A stretch of 44,429 nt of DNA from Pseudomonadota bacterium (GCA_018896355.1 JAHIMW010000172.1:1-44429), one strand, 5' to 3'. Positions 1-8,341 are shown, numbered from the stretch's first letter. Numbers and translations are program-made. Notes: generated from the letters alone by a model not told the origin.

Positions 1-145
1 AATTGAATGACATGGGGGAATACATGTACGAGCCTTTGCCACATGAAAACACCGATAAATCAAGCCATTGTTCCAGCTCGGACAGAAGAGGTGCAGTATG
101 ACGTCAACGTCAATGCCAGGAGGTATTCGTGGCCGCAATCTTTCC

Positions 146-174
146 TTGACAGGCATTAACATATTTGTTAAGTG
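146..174 (+). promoter_or_regulatory. Putative sigma70 promoter with an operator-like inverted repeat upstream of the toxin-antitoxin pair
   Basis: TTGACA lies at 146-151 and a -10-like TTAAGT/TAAGTG lies 16-17 nt downstream (168-174). The toxin ATG is at 182. The inverted repeat TTAACA-N4-TGTTAA (156-171) sits between the hexamers, the usual position of antitoxin autorepression sites. Confidence 0.35.
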
Positions 175-181
175 TTGATTC

Positions 182-520
182 ATGACGTGGGCGATCGAAT
201 ACTATAGTGAGAAGGTTCAGCGGGACATCATGGCTTTGCCGAAAGGAATTCAGGGGCGTTATATCCACATGGCGAAGCGAATGACGGAGTATGGCCCCAA
301 CCCGAAAGAGCCGCATACCAAGGCGCTCGGCGACGGCCTCTTTGAGATGAGAATGAAAAGCAAAGAAGGGATTGCCCGTGTGATGTATTGCGCGGTTCTT
401 GGAAGGCGGATCGTGATGCTGCACGGATTCATCAAAAAGTCCCTGCAAACGCCGCCGAACGAACTGGAAACAGCACGCAAGCGCATGAAGGAGGTTGTGA
501 TAAGATATGCTGACGCATGA
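182..520 (+). CDS. Type II toxin, RelE/ParE superfamily (phage Gp49/HigB-like)
   Basis: The 112 aa product (MTWAIEYYSEKVQRDIMALP...GLFEMRMKSKEGIARVMYCAV..RIVMLHGFIKKSLQTPPNELETARKRMKE) has the typical Gp49-like toxin layout. It overlaps a downstream HTH gene by 14 nt, giving the toxin-first HigBA order. Confidence 0.8.
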   Translation: MTWAIEYYSEKVQRDIMALPKGIQGRYIHMAKRMTEYGPNPKEPHTKALGDGLFEMRMKSKEGIARVMYCAVLGRRIVMLHGFIKKSLQTPPNELETARKRMKEVVIRYADA

Positions 521-806
521 TGAAATGATTGAAAAAATGCTTTCCGATCCCGCAGTAAAGGCCGCATACGACGACTTGGAAGATGAATTCGCCCTTTTTG
601 ATGAGGTGCTCAAGGCCCGCAAACGAACTGGGCTCACCCAGGCGGAAATAGCCGCCCGGATGGGAACGAAAGCGCCTGCCGTGGCCCGGCTCGAGTCCGG
701 CGGAGGAAGCAAACGTCATTCCCCGTCCATCGCCACGTTGCGCCGGTATGCCGAAGCGGTAGGGTGCAAGCTTAAAATCGAGCTGGTTCCGATACAGCAC
801 CCATGA
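507..806 (+). CDS. XRE-family helix-turn-helix antitoxin (HigA-like)
   Basis: The 99 aa product contains an HTH segment (RKRTGLTQAEIAARMGTKAPAVARLESGG). It is translationally coupled to the upstream toxin. Confidence 0.8.
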   Translation: MLTHDEMIEKMLSDPAVKAAYDDLEDEFALFDEVLKARKRTGLTQAEIAARMGTKAPAVARLESGGGSKRHSPSIATLRRYAEAVGCKLKIELVPIQHP

Positions 807-829
807 TAGATGAAAACGTGAGGTGGACG

Positions 830-2404
830 ATGAAGGTCAGCAGCGTCGATGAGATGCGGGCGATGGACCGCAGGGCCATCGAGGAGTTGGGGATCCCCGA
901 GGCGATCCTGATGGAGAACGCCGGAAGGGCGGCTTTCGAGATCCTCTCCCGGGAGTGGGGGGTCGCCGGCAGGCGGTATATCCTCTTCTGCGGGGCCGGA
1001 AACAACGGCGGCGACGGGCTGGTCGTGGCGCGACTTATCCTCGCGGGCGGCGGAACCCCCCGCGTCTTCCTCGTTGGAGACAGCTCGCAGTTCCGGGGAG
1101 CGGCAAAGACCAATTTTGCCATCCTTGAGAAGCTTCCTGTGGAGATGTCATCGGTTTCGGATGTTGAAGCCCTCCGGTCGGCGCTCCTCCATGCGGACGG
1201 GATCGTAGACGCCCTTTTCGGGACGGGCCTCGACCGCGACGTCGACGGCCTCTGCCGGGAGGTGATCGAATCGATCAATGCGGCCTGCCTGCCGGTTCTC
1301 AGCATGGACATCCCTTCCGGCGTCCATGGCGATACGGGAGAAATTCTCGGGGTGGCCGTCCGGGCGGACCATACCGTCGCCTTCGGCCTTCCCAAGATCG
1401 GAAATATGCTCTACCCCGGCTGCGGCCTCTGCGGCCGGCTCCATGTCTCGCACATCTCCTTCCCCCCCTCCCTATACGACGATGAAGCGATTCCGGTCGA
1501 GACGAACGGCTTCATCCCGTTGCCGTCCCGCGGACCCGAAGCCCACAAAGGATCCATGGGGGATGTTTTGTTCATCGCCGGCGCCGCCGGCTATTTCGGC
1601 GCCCCTTACTTTTCCGCGATGTCGTTGTTGAAGGCGGGCGGGGGGTATGCCCGGCTGGCCGCCCCCTGGTCGATGACCCCTTTCCTCGCCACGCGGGGGA
1701 GCGAGATCGTTTTTGTCCCCCAGGCGGAAACCACGGAGGGAAGCCTCTCGCTGAAGAACAGAGAAGCCCTTCTTGCGCTGGCCGAACGGGTGGACATGGT
1801 CGTCATCGGCCCGGGCCTCTCGCTTGCGGAGGAGACCCAGCAACTCGTCCGTGAACTGGCGGCCGGCATTGAGAAACCGCTTCTCGTCGACGGCGACGGG
1901 ATCACCGCGCTGGCAGGTCATCCGGAGATCATCCGGGGCCGCCGGGCGCCGACGATCCTGACCCCCCATCCGGGGGAGATGGCGCGACTCACCGGGAAGT
2001 CGGTTATGGAAATCGAAAAAAGTCGGATCCCGATCCTCCGGAAGGTCTGTGCGGATCTGAAGGGGTGGATCGTCCTCAAAGGCGCCCACTCGCTGATCGG
2101 GACGCCGGAGGGGCGGGTCTTCATCAACCTGAGCGGAAATCCGGGGATGGCGACGGCGGGGGCGGGGGATGTCCTCACCGGGACGATCGCCGCGATGTAC
2201 GGCCTCGGCCTCCCGCTTGAGGAGGCGGTGCGCAAAGGGGTGTTCCTCCACGGCCTTGCCGGGGACCTGGCTGCCGCGGACAAGGGGGAGGACGGGATCA
2301 CGGCCCAGGATATCCTCAACTACCTCCCCTACGCGCTGAAACAGGACCGGGAAGGCCTCGACGAGACGCTGGCGGAGCGCTACGAAGGGCCGGCGTTGGT
2401 ATAA
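830..2404 (+). CDS. nnr: Bifunctional NAD(P)H-hydrate repair enzyme (epimerase / ADP-dependent dehydratase)
   Basis: The N-terminal YjeF_N part reads MRAMDRRAIEELGIPEAILMENAG...GAGNNGGDG. The C-terminal carbohydrate-kinase-like part contains GSMGDVLFIAG...GPGL...TPHPGE...GAGDVLTG. I chose the ATG at 830 (SD GAGGTGG upstream) over the ORF-track start at 803 because family similarity begins at MKVSSVDEMRAMD. Confidence 0.9.
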   Translation: MKVSSVDEMRAMDRRAIEELGIPEAILMENAGRAAFEILSREWGVAGRRYILFCGAGNNGGDGLVVARLILAGGGTPRVFLVGDSSQFRGAAKTNFAILEKLPVEMSSVSDVEALRSALLHADGIVDALFGTGLDRDVDGLCREVIESINAACLPVLSMDIPSGVHGDTGEILGVAVRADHTVAFGLPKIGNMLYPGCGLCGRLHVSHISFPPSLYDDEAIPVETNGFIPLPSRGPEAHKGSMGDVLFIAGAAGYFGAPYFSAMSLLKAGGGYARLAAPWSMTPFLATRGSEIVFVPQAETTEGSLSLKNREALLALAERVDMVVIGPGLSLAEETQQLVRELAAGIEKPLLVDGDGITALAGHPEIIRGRRAPTILTPHPGEMARLTGKSVMEIEKSRIPILRKVCADLKGWIVLKGAHSLIGTPEGRVFINLSGNPGMATAGAGDVLTGTIAAMYGLGLPLEEAVRKGVFLHGLAGDLAAADKGEDGITAQDILNYLPYALKQDREGLDETLAERYEGPALV

Positions 2405-2412
2405 GCCCTATC

Positions 2413-3339
2413 CTATTTCCGGAGGCCGCGAAGCCCCTTCGGGATCTCGTCCTTTCCAGTCAGCGTCTGTTTCCCCTGCGGACCGAGGATGACGCAGTTG
2501 GGCGTCGACCGGATCCGATCCTCCTTCAGGTAGTTGCCGAAGATCTTGAAAACCGGCGCCGTGTCATACGGACGGAAGGTTATACCCTTTGTCTTCAGGA
2601 ATGTCTCTAGCGCCTCCTTCTCCATGATCTTCTTCCCCGCCGCTTCGAAGAGCGCCCCTCGGGCGGCGACCGCCTGCGAGAAATCGTTCTTTGCGTTCAG
2701 CGCCGCGAGGAAATAATTGGCGAAGAGAACCGTTCCCGGGTGGACCGGCGTGTCGATGAAGAGAACACGGATCAGGCTCTTCCCGACGAGTTCGCTGATG
2801 AGAGAGATCACCTCCGCCTCCTCGGCCGAGCAAGGCCCGCAGAAGTAGTCCGTATAGAGACGAACCTCAACCGGCCCTTTGCCGAAGGCAGGCAGGACGA
2901 GGTCGGCGGCATAGACGGGTGTTGTCGAGCCGGAGAAAAAAAGCCAGAAGAAGATGAGCCCGGCGGCGGCCGCCAGCGCGGTCAGCGCCTTCCGGTTTCG
3001 CTCGAAATTCACCGCGAAGGCCAGCAGGATCGTAGCCCCGAAAGCGAGGCAGTATGGGCAATAGACGCCGCTGTGCACCTGGTAGCCGATCAGGAAGATC
3101 TCCCCTCCCGCCCCGAAGGCGAGGAGCAGGAGGCAGAGAAAGGGTTTTCGGGACCACGCGAGGAGCAGAACAATGACCATGTAGAAGATCCCGAGGTATT
3201 TGAGGTCGATCCCCAGGATATCGCCTTTCAGATAACTGCACGCGCCCAGGCAGAAGGCGTAGGCAACGGTTATGGCGATACCGGTCAGCGCAAGCAGGAT
3301 AGTCAGGAAACGCCTCTTCCGGGATAGAAAATTCTTCAT
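2413..3339 (-). CDS. Membrane CxxC (VKOR/DsbB-like) domain fused to a DsbA/thioredoxin-like domain
   Basis: The N-terminal half has several predicted TM helices, with CLGAC and a membrane-embedded CPYC. The C-terminal half has a thioredoxin-type CGPC (RLYTDYFCGPCSAEE) and DsbA-like length. Confidence 0.6.
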   Translation of the reverse strand: MKNFLSRKRRFLTILLALTGIAITVAYAFCLGACSYLKGDILGIDLKYLGIFYMVIVLLLAWSRKPFLCLLLLAFGAGGEIFLIGYQVHSGVYCPYCLAFGATILLAFAVNFERNRKALTALAAAAGLIFFWLFFSGSTTPVYAADLVLPAFGKGPVEVRLYTDYFCGPCSAEEAEVISLISELVGKSLIRVLFIDTPVHPGTVLFANYFLAALNAKNDFSQAVAARGALFEAAGKKIMEKEALETFLKTKGITFRPYDTAPVFKIFGNYLKEDRIRSTPNCVILGPQGKQTLTGKDEIPKGLRGLRK

Positions 3340-3436
3340 GAAATTCAGGAACCCTCCTTCACCATTGAGAACGGCGGTTTCTTACCCTTTTCCGCCCGGC
3401 GGGGTCAAGGATTTTCGTGCCGATCTCTGACCGCTG

Positions 3437-4654
3437 TCAGCAACGGAAACACCCGTTCTCATAGATCACGACCCTCTTCCCCGTCGTGAGGTGCGCCGTG
3501 ACCGTTTTGGCCTCCGTGTTCACCAGGTCCCAGTGGAGGGCCGAGTCGTTGAAGCCCAACTTCCGCTTGAGCGTTCCGGTCATCGCGGCGGGATCGCCGG
3601 CGTAGGTGTCTGTGTAGGAGGCCCCGACAGCGATGTGGCAGTTTCCGTTCTCTCCGCCGAAGTTTTCGTCAAAGAGGGTGTCGGCCATGAACCGGTCGAT
3701 CCGCGAGAAGCGCCGGTCGGTCAGCGAAAACTCGCCGATCCGTTTCGCACCCCTGTCCATCGCAAGCTGACGGACGGTGAACGCCTCGCCGGTTTCGGCG
3801 TGGATCTCGACGGCGTTCCCCCGGTGAAAGGTCAGTTTCACCCCCTCGATATAGTTGCCGCTCCGGTAGGAGGGGAGGTTCGCGTAGTAGGTCCCCTCGG
3901 CGCCGCGCCAGTCCGGGGAGACGAAGAGTTCGAAACTGGGGATGTTGTGGCCGGAGACCCCTGCCCAGCGCCGCTGCTCCCCCGGCGTGATCCGGAGGTC
4001 GCAATGGGTGGATTCGATGTGGAAATAGGCCGCCTTCAGCCCTCCCAGCCACTTCTTGATAGCGGTCGCATCGCGTCTGATCTCCTCCCATTTGCCGACC
4101 GGATCTTTACGGTCCAGATAACAGGCCCGGATGATCTGTTTCGCGTAAGCCTCCGGTGTCGTCCGGGCCTGCTCCGCAAGCTCCGCCGTCGGGAGTGTGC
4201 AGATGGTCCAGCCATAAGCCCCCTCCTGCTCGCGCCGCTCGAGGATGTCGCGGAGCGGCTTGCGGGCGACCAAAACCTTGCCGATCCGGGTCGGGTCGAT
4301 CCCTTTAAGATGGGTCAGCAAATCGGGTGCATGGAGATAGATCCGTCCGTGGAGATTTCCGCAGAGTTCCTTCTCGCCCGGGGGCTGGAAAACGAGTTGG
4401 CGTCCGCCGGACTTTCCGAAGAAGGAACGTTCCATGCCGACGGTGAGACCCATCCGCTGAATGGGGTTCATCCCCGCTGCGAGGATCTTTCCGTAGAGGA
4501 TTTCCGCGAGCCGCAGCGCGGCACGATCATACTGGATCAGGATTACGTTTCCCTTCCGGAATCGCCCCCGCCGGGCCGTCTTGAGACCCCAGAGCAGCAC
4601 GTCGGCGTACCGCTCCAGGTATCGTTCATGCAACATATAGGCTGCCGTCGTCAT
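3437..4654 (-). CDS. Aminopeptidase, M29 (AmpS/PepS) family
   Basis: The 405 aa product matches the family in length and sequence pattern (YADVLLWGL...ILIQYD...GNLPSYRSGNYIEG...FDENFGGENGNCHIAVG). Its ATG overlaps the stop of the upstream DsbC-like gene (ATGA at 4651-4654). Confidence 0.75.
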   Translation of the reverse strand: MTTAAYMLHERYLERYADVLLWGLKTARRGRFRKGNVILIQYDRAALRLAEILYGKILAAGMNPIQRMGLTVGMERSFFGKSGGRQLVFQPPGEKELCGNLHGRIYLHAPDLLTHLKGIDPTRIGKVLVARKPLRDILERREQEGAYGWTICTLPTAELAEQARTTPEAYAKQIIRACYLDRKDPVGKWEEIRRDATAIKKWLGGLKAAYFHIESTHCDLRITPGEQRRWAGVSGHNIPSFELFVSPDWRGAEGTYYANLPSYRSGNYIEGVKLTFHRGNAVEIHAETGEAFTVRQLAMDRGAKRIGEFSLTDRRFSRIDRFMADTLFDENFGGENGNCHIAVGASYTDTYAGDPAAMTGTLKRKLGFNDSALHWDLVNTEAKTVTAHLTTGKRVVIYENGCFRC

Positions 4655-5358
4655 TTCTTGCTGCCCAGGATCCTTTCCATCCGCGGGATGTCCGCCCCAT
4701 AAACAACCTGTCCGTCGATCAGGAAGAGAGGCGTTCCCGTGACCCCGACGCTGTCGCCGATCTCCCGGTGGGTTTTCAGGAGATCCTCCACAGCGTCGCT
4801 CTTGCAGGGCGTGAATTTCATATCGTCCAATTTTCCGGCCATCGCTTCTTCATAAGCTTTGCCGCGGTCTTCGGCGCAGAAGATCTGACGGACCTTTGCC
4901 GGGGCGTTCGGGTGGATCGCCAACGGGAAGAAGAAGACATGCCGGGTCACATCGTTTCTCTCCGAGAGGAAGGCGGATGCCTTTCGGCAGTACGTGCAGT
5001 CCGGATCCGTGATCTCGATGACCTGATGGGGGCCGGCGCCGATCCGGAGGGCCTTCTCGAGTGGGACCCCTTTCAAGCCCCGTTCCATGATCTCCAGGAC
5101 GCGCTCTTCCGTCAGGTTCCTTCCCTCCCGCGTGATCATCGGTCCGTAGATGAGGTATTCGGGGCCCGGGGCGTAGTAGAGGACCCGCTTTCCGGAGACC
5201 ACCTCGTAGAGACCGTTTATGCCGGCGGGACGGATGCTGTCCGCACGGAGGTTGGGAAAACTCTTCCGGAGGGACTCTTCCGGTGTCGCCGCCCGGACGG
5301 GAGCGCTGACGACGATCAGCAGCACACAGAGGATGAAGGATTTTTTATAAATATTCAT
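4651..5358 (-). CDS. Periplasmic thiol:disulfide interchange protein, DsbC/DsbG-like
   Basis: It has a signal peptide (MNIYKKSFILCVLLIVVSAPVRA), an N-terminal dimerisation-like region, and a thioredoxin fold with CTYC (ITDPDCTYCRK) and a GTPLFLIDG motif. Confidence 0.7.
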   Translation of the reverse strand: MNIYKKSFILCVLLIVVSAPVRAATPEESLRKSFPNLRADSIRPAGINGLYEVVSGKRVLYYAPGPEYLIYGPMITREGRNLTEERVLEIMERGLKGVPLEKALRIGAGPHQVIEITDPDCTYCRKASAFLSERNDVTRHVFFFPLAIHPNAPAKVRQIFCAEDRGKAYEEAMAGKLDDMKFTPCKSDAVEDLLKTHREIGDSVGVTGTPLFLIDGQVVYGADIPRMERILGSKK

Positions 5359-5406
5359 GGTCTGTTTACCTCTTTCTCCAGTTATTCCGTTACAGACCCT
5401 AAGCGG

Positions 5407-6375
5407 TTACAGCCTTCTTGCAAGGATGTAGTCCGTGATGGTAAGCAGCGCGGTTTTGGCCTCCGAGTCGTCAAAGGGGGAGAGAAATCCCCGTGCCTCA
5501 TCAATGCAGTTTCTGGCCTTCCTCAGGGCATAGTGGATCCCGTCGTAACGATGCATCACGTCCATGATCCCGGCGGTCGCCTCCCCATCCTTTTTCTCGA
5601 TCCCCGTCCGGATGAAGGTCCTCTCTTCCGGTGTGCACTTCTTGATGGTCCGGATGAGCGGGAGCGTCAGCTTCCCCTCTCGGAGATCCTGACCGATCGC
5701 CTTGCCGAATTCTTCCTCCCTGGCGACGTAGTCGAGGGTGTCGTCCGTAATCTGGAAGGCGGTTCCGAGCCTCATGCCGAAGCGGGTCAGCGCCTCGATC
5801 TGCGCGTCCGTTGCATTTCCGAGGATGCCGCCGATGGCGCAGGCCGCGGAAATCAGGATCGCTGTCTTTTTCTCCACAATCAACAGGTATTCCTTTTCGG
5901 TGATGTTGACGTCGCCCGTCTTCATCAACTGAAAGACCTCACCCTCCGACATCGTGTTCGTCGTGGTGGAGATCAGCTTGAGGATGGCCATGCTTCCGTC
6001 GTCGATCATCAGCTTGAAGGATTTGGAGTAGAGGAAATCCCCGACGAGGACACTTGCGGCATTGCCCCAGACGCGGTTTGCGGAAACCTTCCCCCGCCTG
6101 GTCCCCGCATGGTCGACTACGTCGTCGTGGAACAGGGAGGCGGTATGGATGAACTCGATGACCGCCGACAGCGGATAACGGCGCTCCCCCCGGTAGCCGC
6201 AGAGTTCGGCGGTGGCCAGAAGCAGGAGCGGCCGGAAACGCTTGCCGCCGCTGCCGATCAGGTGGTGAATGATTTCCGGGATGAGCCGAACCTCCGAACG
6301 GAGGTATATCTCCATGTGGTCTTCGACCTTTTTCAGATCGTTCCCGAAGTAGTGAAACACCTCCTGTATCTGCAT
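5407..6375 (-). CDS. Long-chain polyprenyl diphosphate synthase (IspB-type; chain length not determinable)
   Basis: The 322 aa product has the first DDxxD motif in LFHDDVVDH...RRG and the second in FQITDDTLDY. Confidence 0.85.
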   Translation of the reverse strand: MQIQEVFHYFGNDLKKVEDHMEIYLRSEVRLIPEIIHHLIGSGGKRFRPLLLLATAELCGYRGERRYPLSAVIEFIHTASLFHDDVVDHAGTRRGKVSANRVWGNAASVLVGDFLYSKSFKLMIDDGSMAILKLISTTTNTMSEGEVFQLMKTGDVNITEKEYLLIVEKKTAILISAACAIGGILGNATDAQIEALTRFGMRLGTAFQITDDTLDYVAREEEFGKAIGQDLREGKLTLPLIRTIKKCTPEERTFIRTGIEKKDGEATAGIMDVMHRYDGIHYALRKARNCIDEARGFLSPFDDSEAKTALLTITDYILARRL

Positions 6376-6551
6376 GACTTTACCCCTCGGTTGCGGAAAT
6401 CACGGCCTAAAGAGAGGCGCGATTTCCAGTACCCTATACAGGCACATATAACGGATGCCCCGAGAAATGTCAAACAGCCGATCGGCATGACCCAGCGAGA
6501 CCTTTGGAAATCGTGATCCCTCCGCGCGCTGGACATTTTCCGACCCTGCAA

Positions 6552-6612
6552 CGGAAAATGGGGACAGCTCCCTATTTTTTCCGGAAAAATAGGGAGCTGT
6601 CCCTAATTTTCC
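6552..6612. repeat. Near-perfect ~60 nt palindrome in a divergent intergenic region
   Basis: The sequence is CGGAAAATgGGGACAGCTCCCTATTTTTTCC / GGAAAAATAGGGAGCTGTCCCtaATTTTCCG. The inner arms (6561-6582 and 6583-6603) are complementary apart from one extra T, and the outer CGGAAAAT/ATTTTCCG also pair. Confidence 0.9.
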
Positions 6613-6732
6613 GCCAGGGTACCCCGAAAAATCTCCAATGCGCGCTTCCGGGATCCGGTTTCCAAGTTGCGCAAAGATCTCCCTGTCTTTACGATGCCGG
6701 ACGGCTCTTTCCGACATGGTTCGCACCCGGCT

Positions 6733-6748
6733 TGGAATGGTGCCCGCA
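6733..6748 (+). promoter_or_regulatory. Candidate sigma54 (-24/-12) promoter
   Basis: TGGAATGGTGCCCGCA has GG and GC at the canonical 12-nt register of TGGCAC-N5-TTGC. It lies ~165 nt upstream of the C_GCAxxG_C_C start and ~130 nt downstream of the palindrome. Several non-core positions deviate from consensus. Confidence 0.25.
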
Positions 6749-6910
6749 AAAATTTGCATTTGACGAAGATGCCGATCCGTATTATGAAATGCGCGAAATG
6801 ATCCGGACTCAGGTCTTTGCTGCGCGGTATTACGGTTATGTTTTATATTGAGAAATTCCCCGGAGGGGTGGCCGGCCCGCGCCGGATCAGCAATCGATCG
6901 GAGGGACATC

Positions 6911-7348
6911 ATGAGTGAAAAGGTTGACGCGGCGGTGGCCTGTTTCCGGGAGGGGTTCAGTTGTTCGCAGGCGATCCTCTCCACCTATGGAGATGATTTC
7001 GGTCTGCCGCGGGAGACGGCCCTCCGGGCGGCCGCAGTGCTTGGGGCGGGGATGGGACGGCTCGGGGAGGTCTGCGGGGCCGTGGCCGGCGCCCTGATCG
7101 TGATCGGTTTGAAGCACGGCCATACGGAGGCGACGGATAAGGAGACGAAAGAAAAGAATTATGCCCTGGTCCGTGACTTTGCCGACCGTTTCCGATCGCG
7201 CAACGGCGCCCTTTGCTGCCGGGAGCTCCTTAGATGCGATCTGGCGACGGCGGAGGGGATGGAGACGGCAAGGCAGAAGGGATTGTTTACCGAACGATGC
7301 CCACGCTTTGTAAGAGATGCCGCCCTGGCCCTCGAGGAAGTCCTGTAG
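6911..7348 (+). CDS. C_GCAxxG_C_C family protein (putative redox-active)
   Basis: The family cysteine pattern is present: VACFREGFSCSQA...GEVCGAVAGA...ALCCRELL...RCPRF. I chose the ATG at 6911 with SD GGAGGGA rather than the ORF-track start at 6848. Confidence 0.8.
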   Translation: MSEKVDAAVACFREGFSCSQAILSTYGDDFGLPRETALRAAAVLGAGMGRLGEVCGAVAGALIVIGLKHGHTEATDKETKEKNYALVRDFADRFRSRNGALCCRELLRCDLATAEGMETARQKGLFTERCPRFVRDAALALEEVL

Positions 7349-7384
7349 GGAACCAAAAGATCGAAAGGAATACGGGGCTGTGCG

Positions 7385-7639
7385 ATGAACGGTACGGCCC
7401 TGGCCATCGTCCTTGTCTCCGCCTTTCTGGAGCCTTATCGGCTGGCCATGGAGCGAAGCGGCTGCCGGCCGGAGGAGTGCCTTGTCGTCGAGGATTCGGA
7501 GCGGGGGGTCCGGGCGGCGATAGCGGCCGGCATCCGCTGCATCGTCGTTCCGAACGAACTGACGCGGGGCGGCGAGTTCGCAGGGGCATGGCGGGTTTTT
7601 AGTTCATGCCGGGAGATACCGGGCGAGATCGAACAACTT
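7385..7639 (+). pseudogene. 5'-truncated HAD-IA hydrolase remnant (C-terminal motifs only)
   Basis: The translation EPYRLAMERSGCRPEECLVVEDSERGVRAAIAAGIRCIVVPNEL is the motif III/IV part of a HAD phosphatase. No DxDxT motif I or cap domain is present. An in-frame stop at 7346-7348 and the preceding gene end at 7348 leave no room for them. The open frame runs on into the antisense of the next gene. Confidence 0.6.
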
Positions 7640-8324
7640 AACGGAAAGAACGGAGTGAAGATTTATGAAGCTCTTCATAACTTTGAATCACATGATCCGG
7701 TTGTGCCGCCAGAATATCTTCTTTTGCATTTTCACCATCCGTAATGATCATTATCCTGATGCCGGCGTTTCTTGCAGCGTTAACGTCATCCAGGCTGTCG
7801 CCAAGCAAAATGCTGCTGTCTTTACATATCCCTAACTTCTCTATTGCAAGATTCAACCCTTCAGGGTTGGGTTTAAGATTCATGACATCATTGCGACCAA
7901 GGACGACATCAAAGTAATCCGCCAGATCGAGTTTTGACAAAGCTTTTGCAAGGGTTTTGCCCCCCACATTGCTTACAAGACCGGTGCGAATCCCTTTAGC
8001 TTTGATCGTATTAAGGAAATCCTTTACACCTGATCGCAGAACCCAACGTGTCAGTGCATCTTCGTCATACCGGTCATATACACGGCAGATCTTCTCCCGT
8101 ACCTGATCAGGCGGTAATCCTATTTCAGTCGCCACCTGTACTGCCTCTGTCATCAGTGTGGAGTATTTTCTGCTGAGAATCAGGTTTTTTGTAAAACCCA
8201 TATCCCAGAGCATTTCCAAGGTTTCTTCAATGGCTTCAGAAAGTTTCCACTGAAAATCGACCAAGGTTCCTTCAAAATCAAAAAGCATTGCCTCAATATT
8301 ATCTAAACGTATTCTGTGTGTCAT
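7638..8324 (-). CDS. HAD-superfamily hydrolase (phosphatase-like), last gene of the aryl-phosphate operon
   Basis: The 228 aa product has motif I as LFDFEGTLVD (D-x-E rather than D-x-D), motif II in GLVSNV, and motifs III/IV in K...GDSLDDVNAARNAG. G+C is visibly lower than in the operon core. Confidence 0.8.
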   Translation of the reverse strand: MTHRIRLDNIEAMLFDFEGTLVDFQWKLSEAIEETLEMLWDMGFTKNLILSRKYSTLMTEAVQVATEIGLPPDQVREKICRVYDRYDEDALTRWVLRSGVKDFLNTIKAKGIRTGLVSNVGGKTLAKALSKLDLADYFDVVLGRNDVMNLKPNPEGLNLAIEKLGICKDSSILLGDSLDDVNAARNAGIRIMIITDGENAKEDILAAQPDHVIQSYEELHKSSLRSFR

Positions 8325-8341
8325 GTCTTGCCATACTTTCT

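Noticed and set aside
6400-6984. ORFs 6400-6984 (minus, 194 aa) and 6504-6851 (plus, 115 aa) lie in the divergent intergenic region.
   Set aside because: They overlap each other on opposite strands and are centred on the 60-nt palindrome, so they contain mirror-image peptides (GTAPYF.GKNRELS). I see no family resemblance and no SD.
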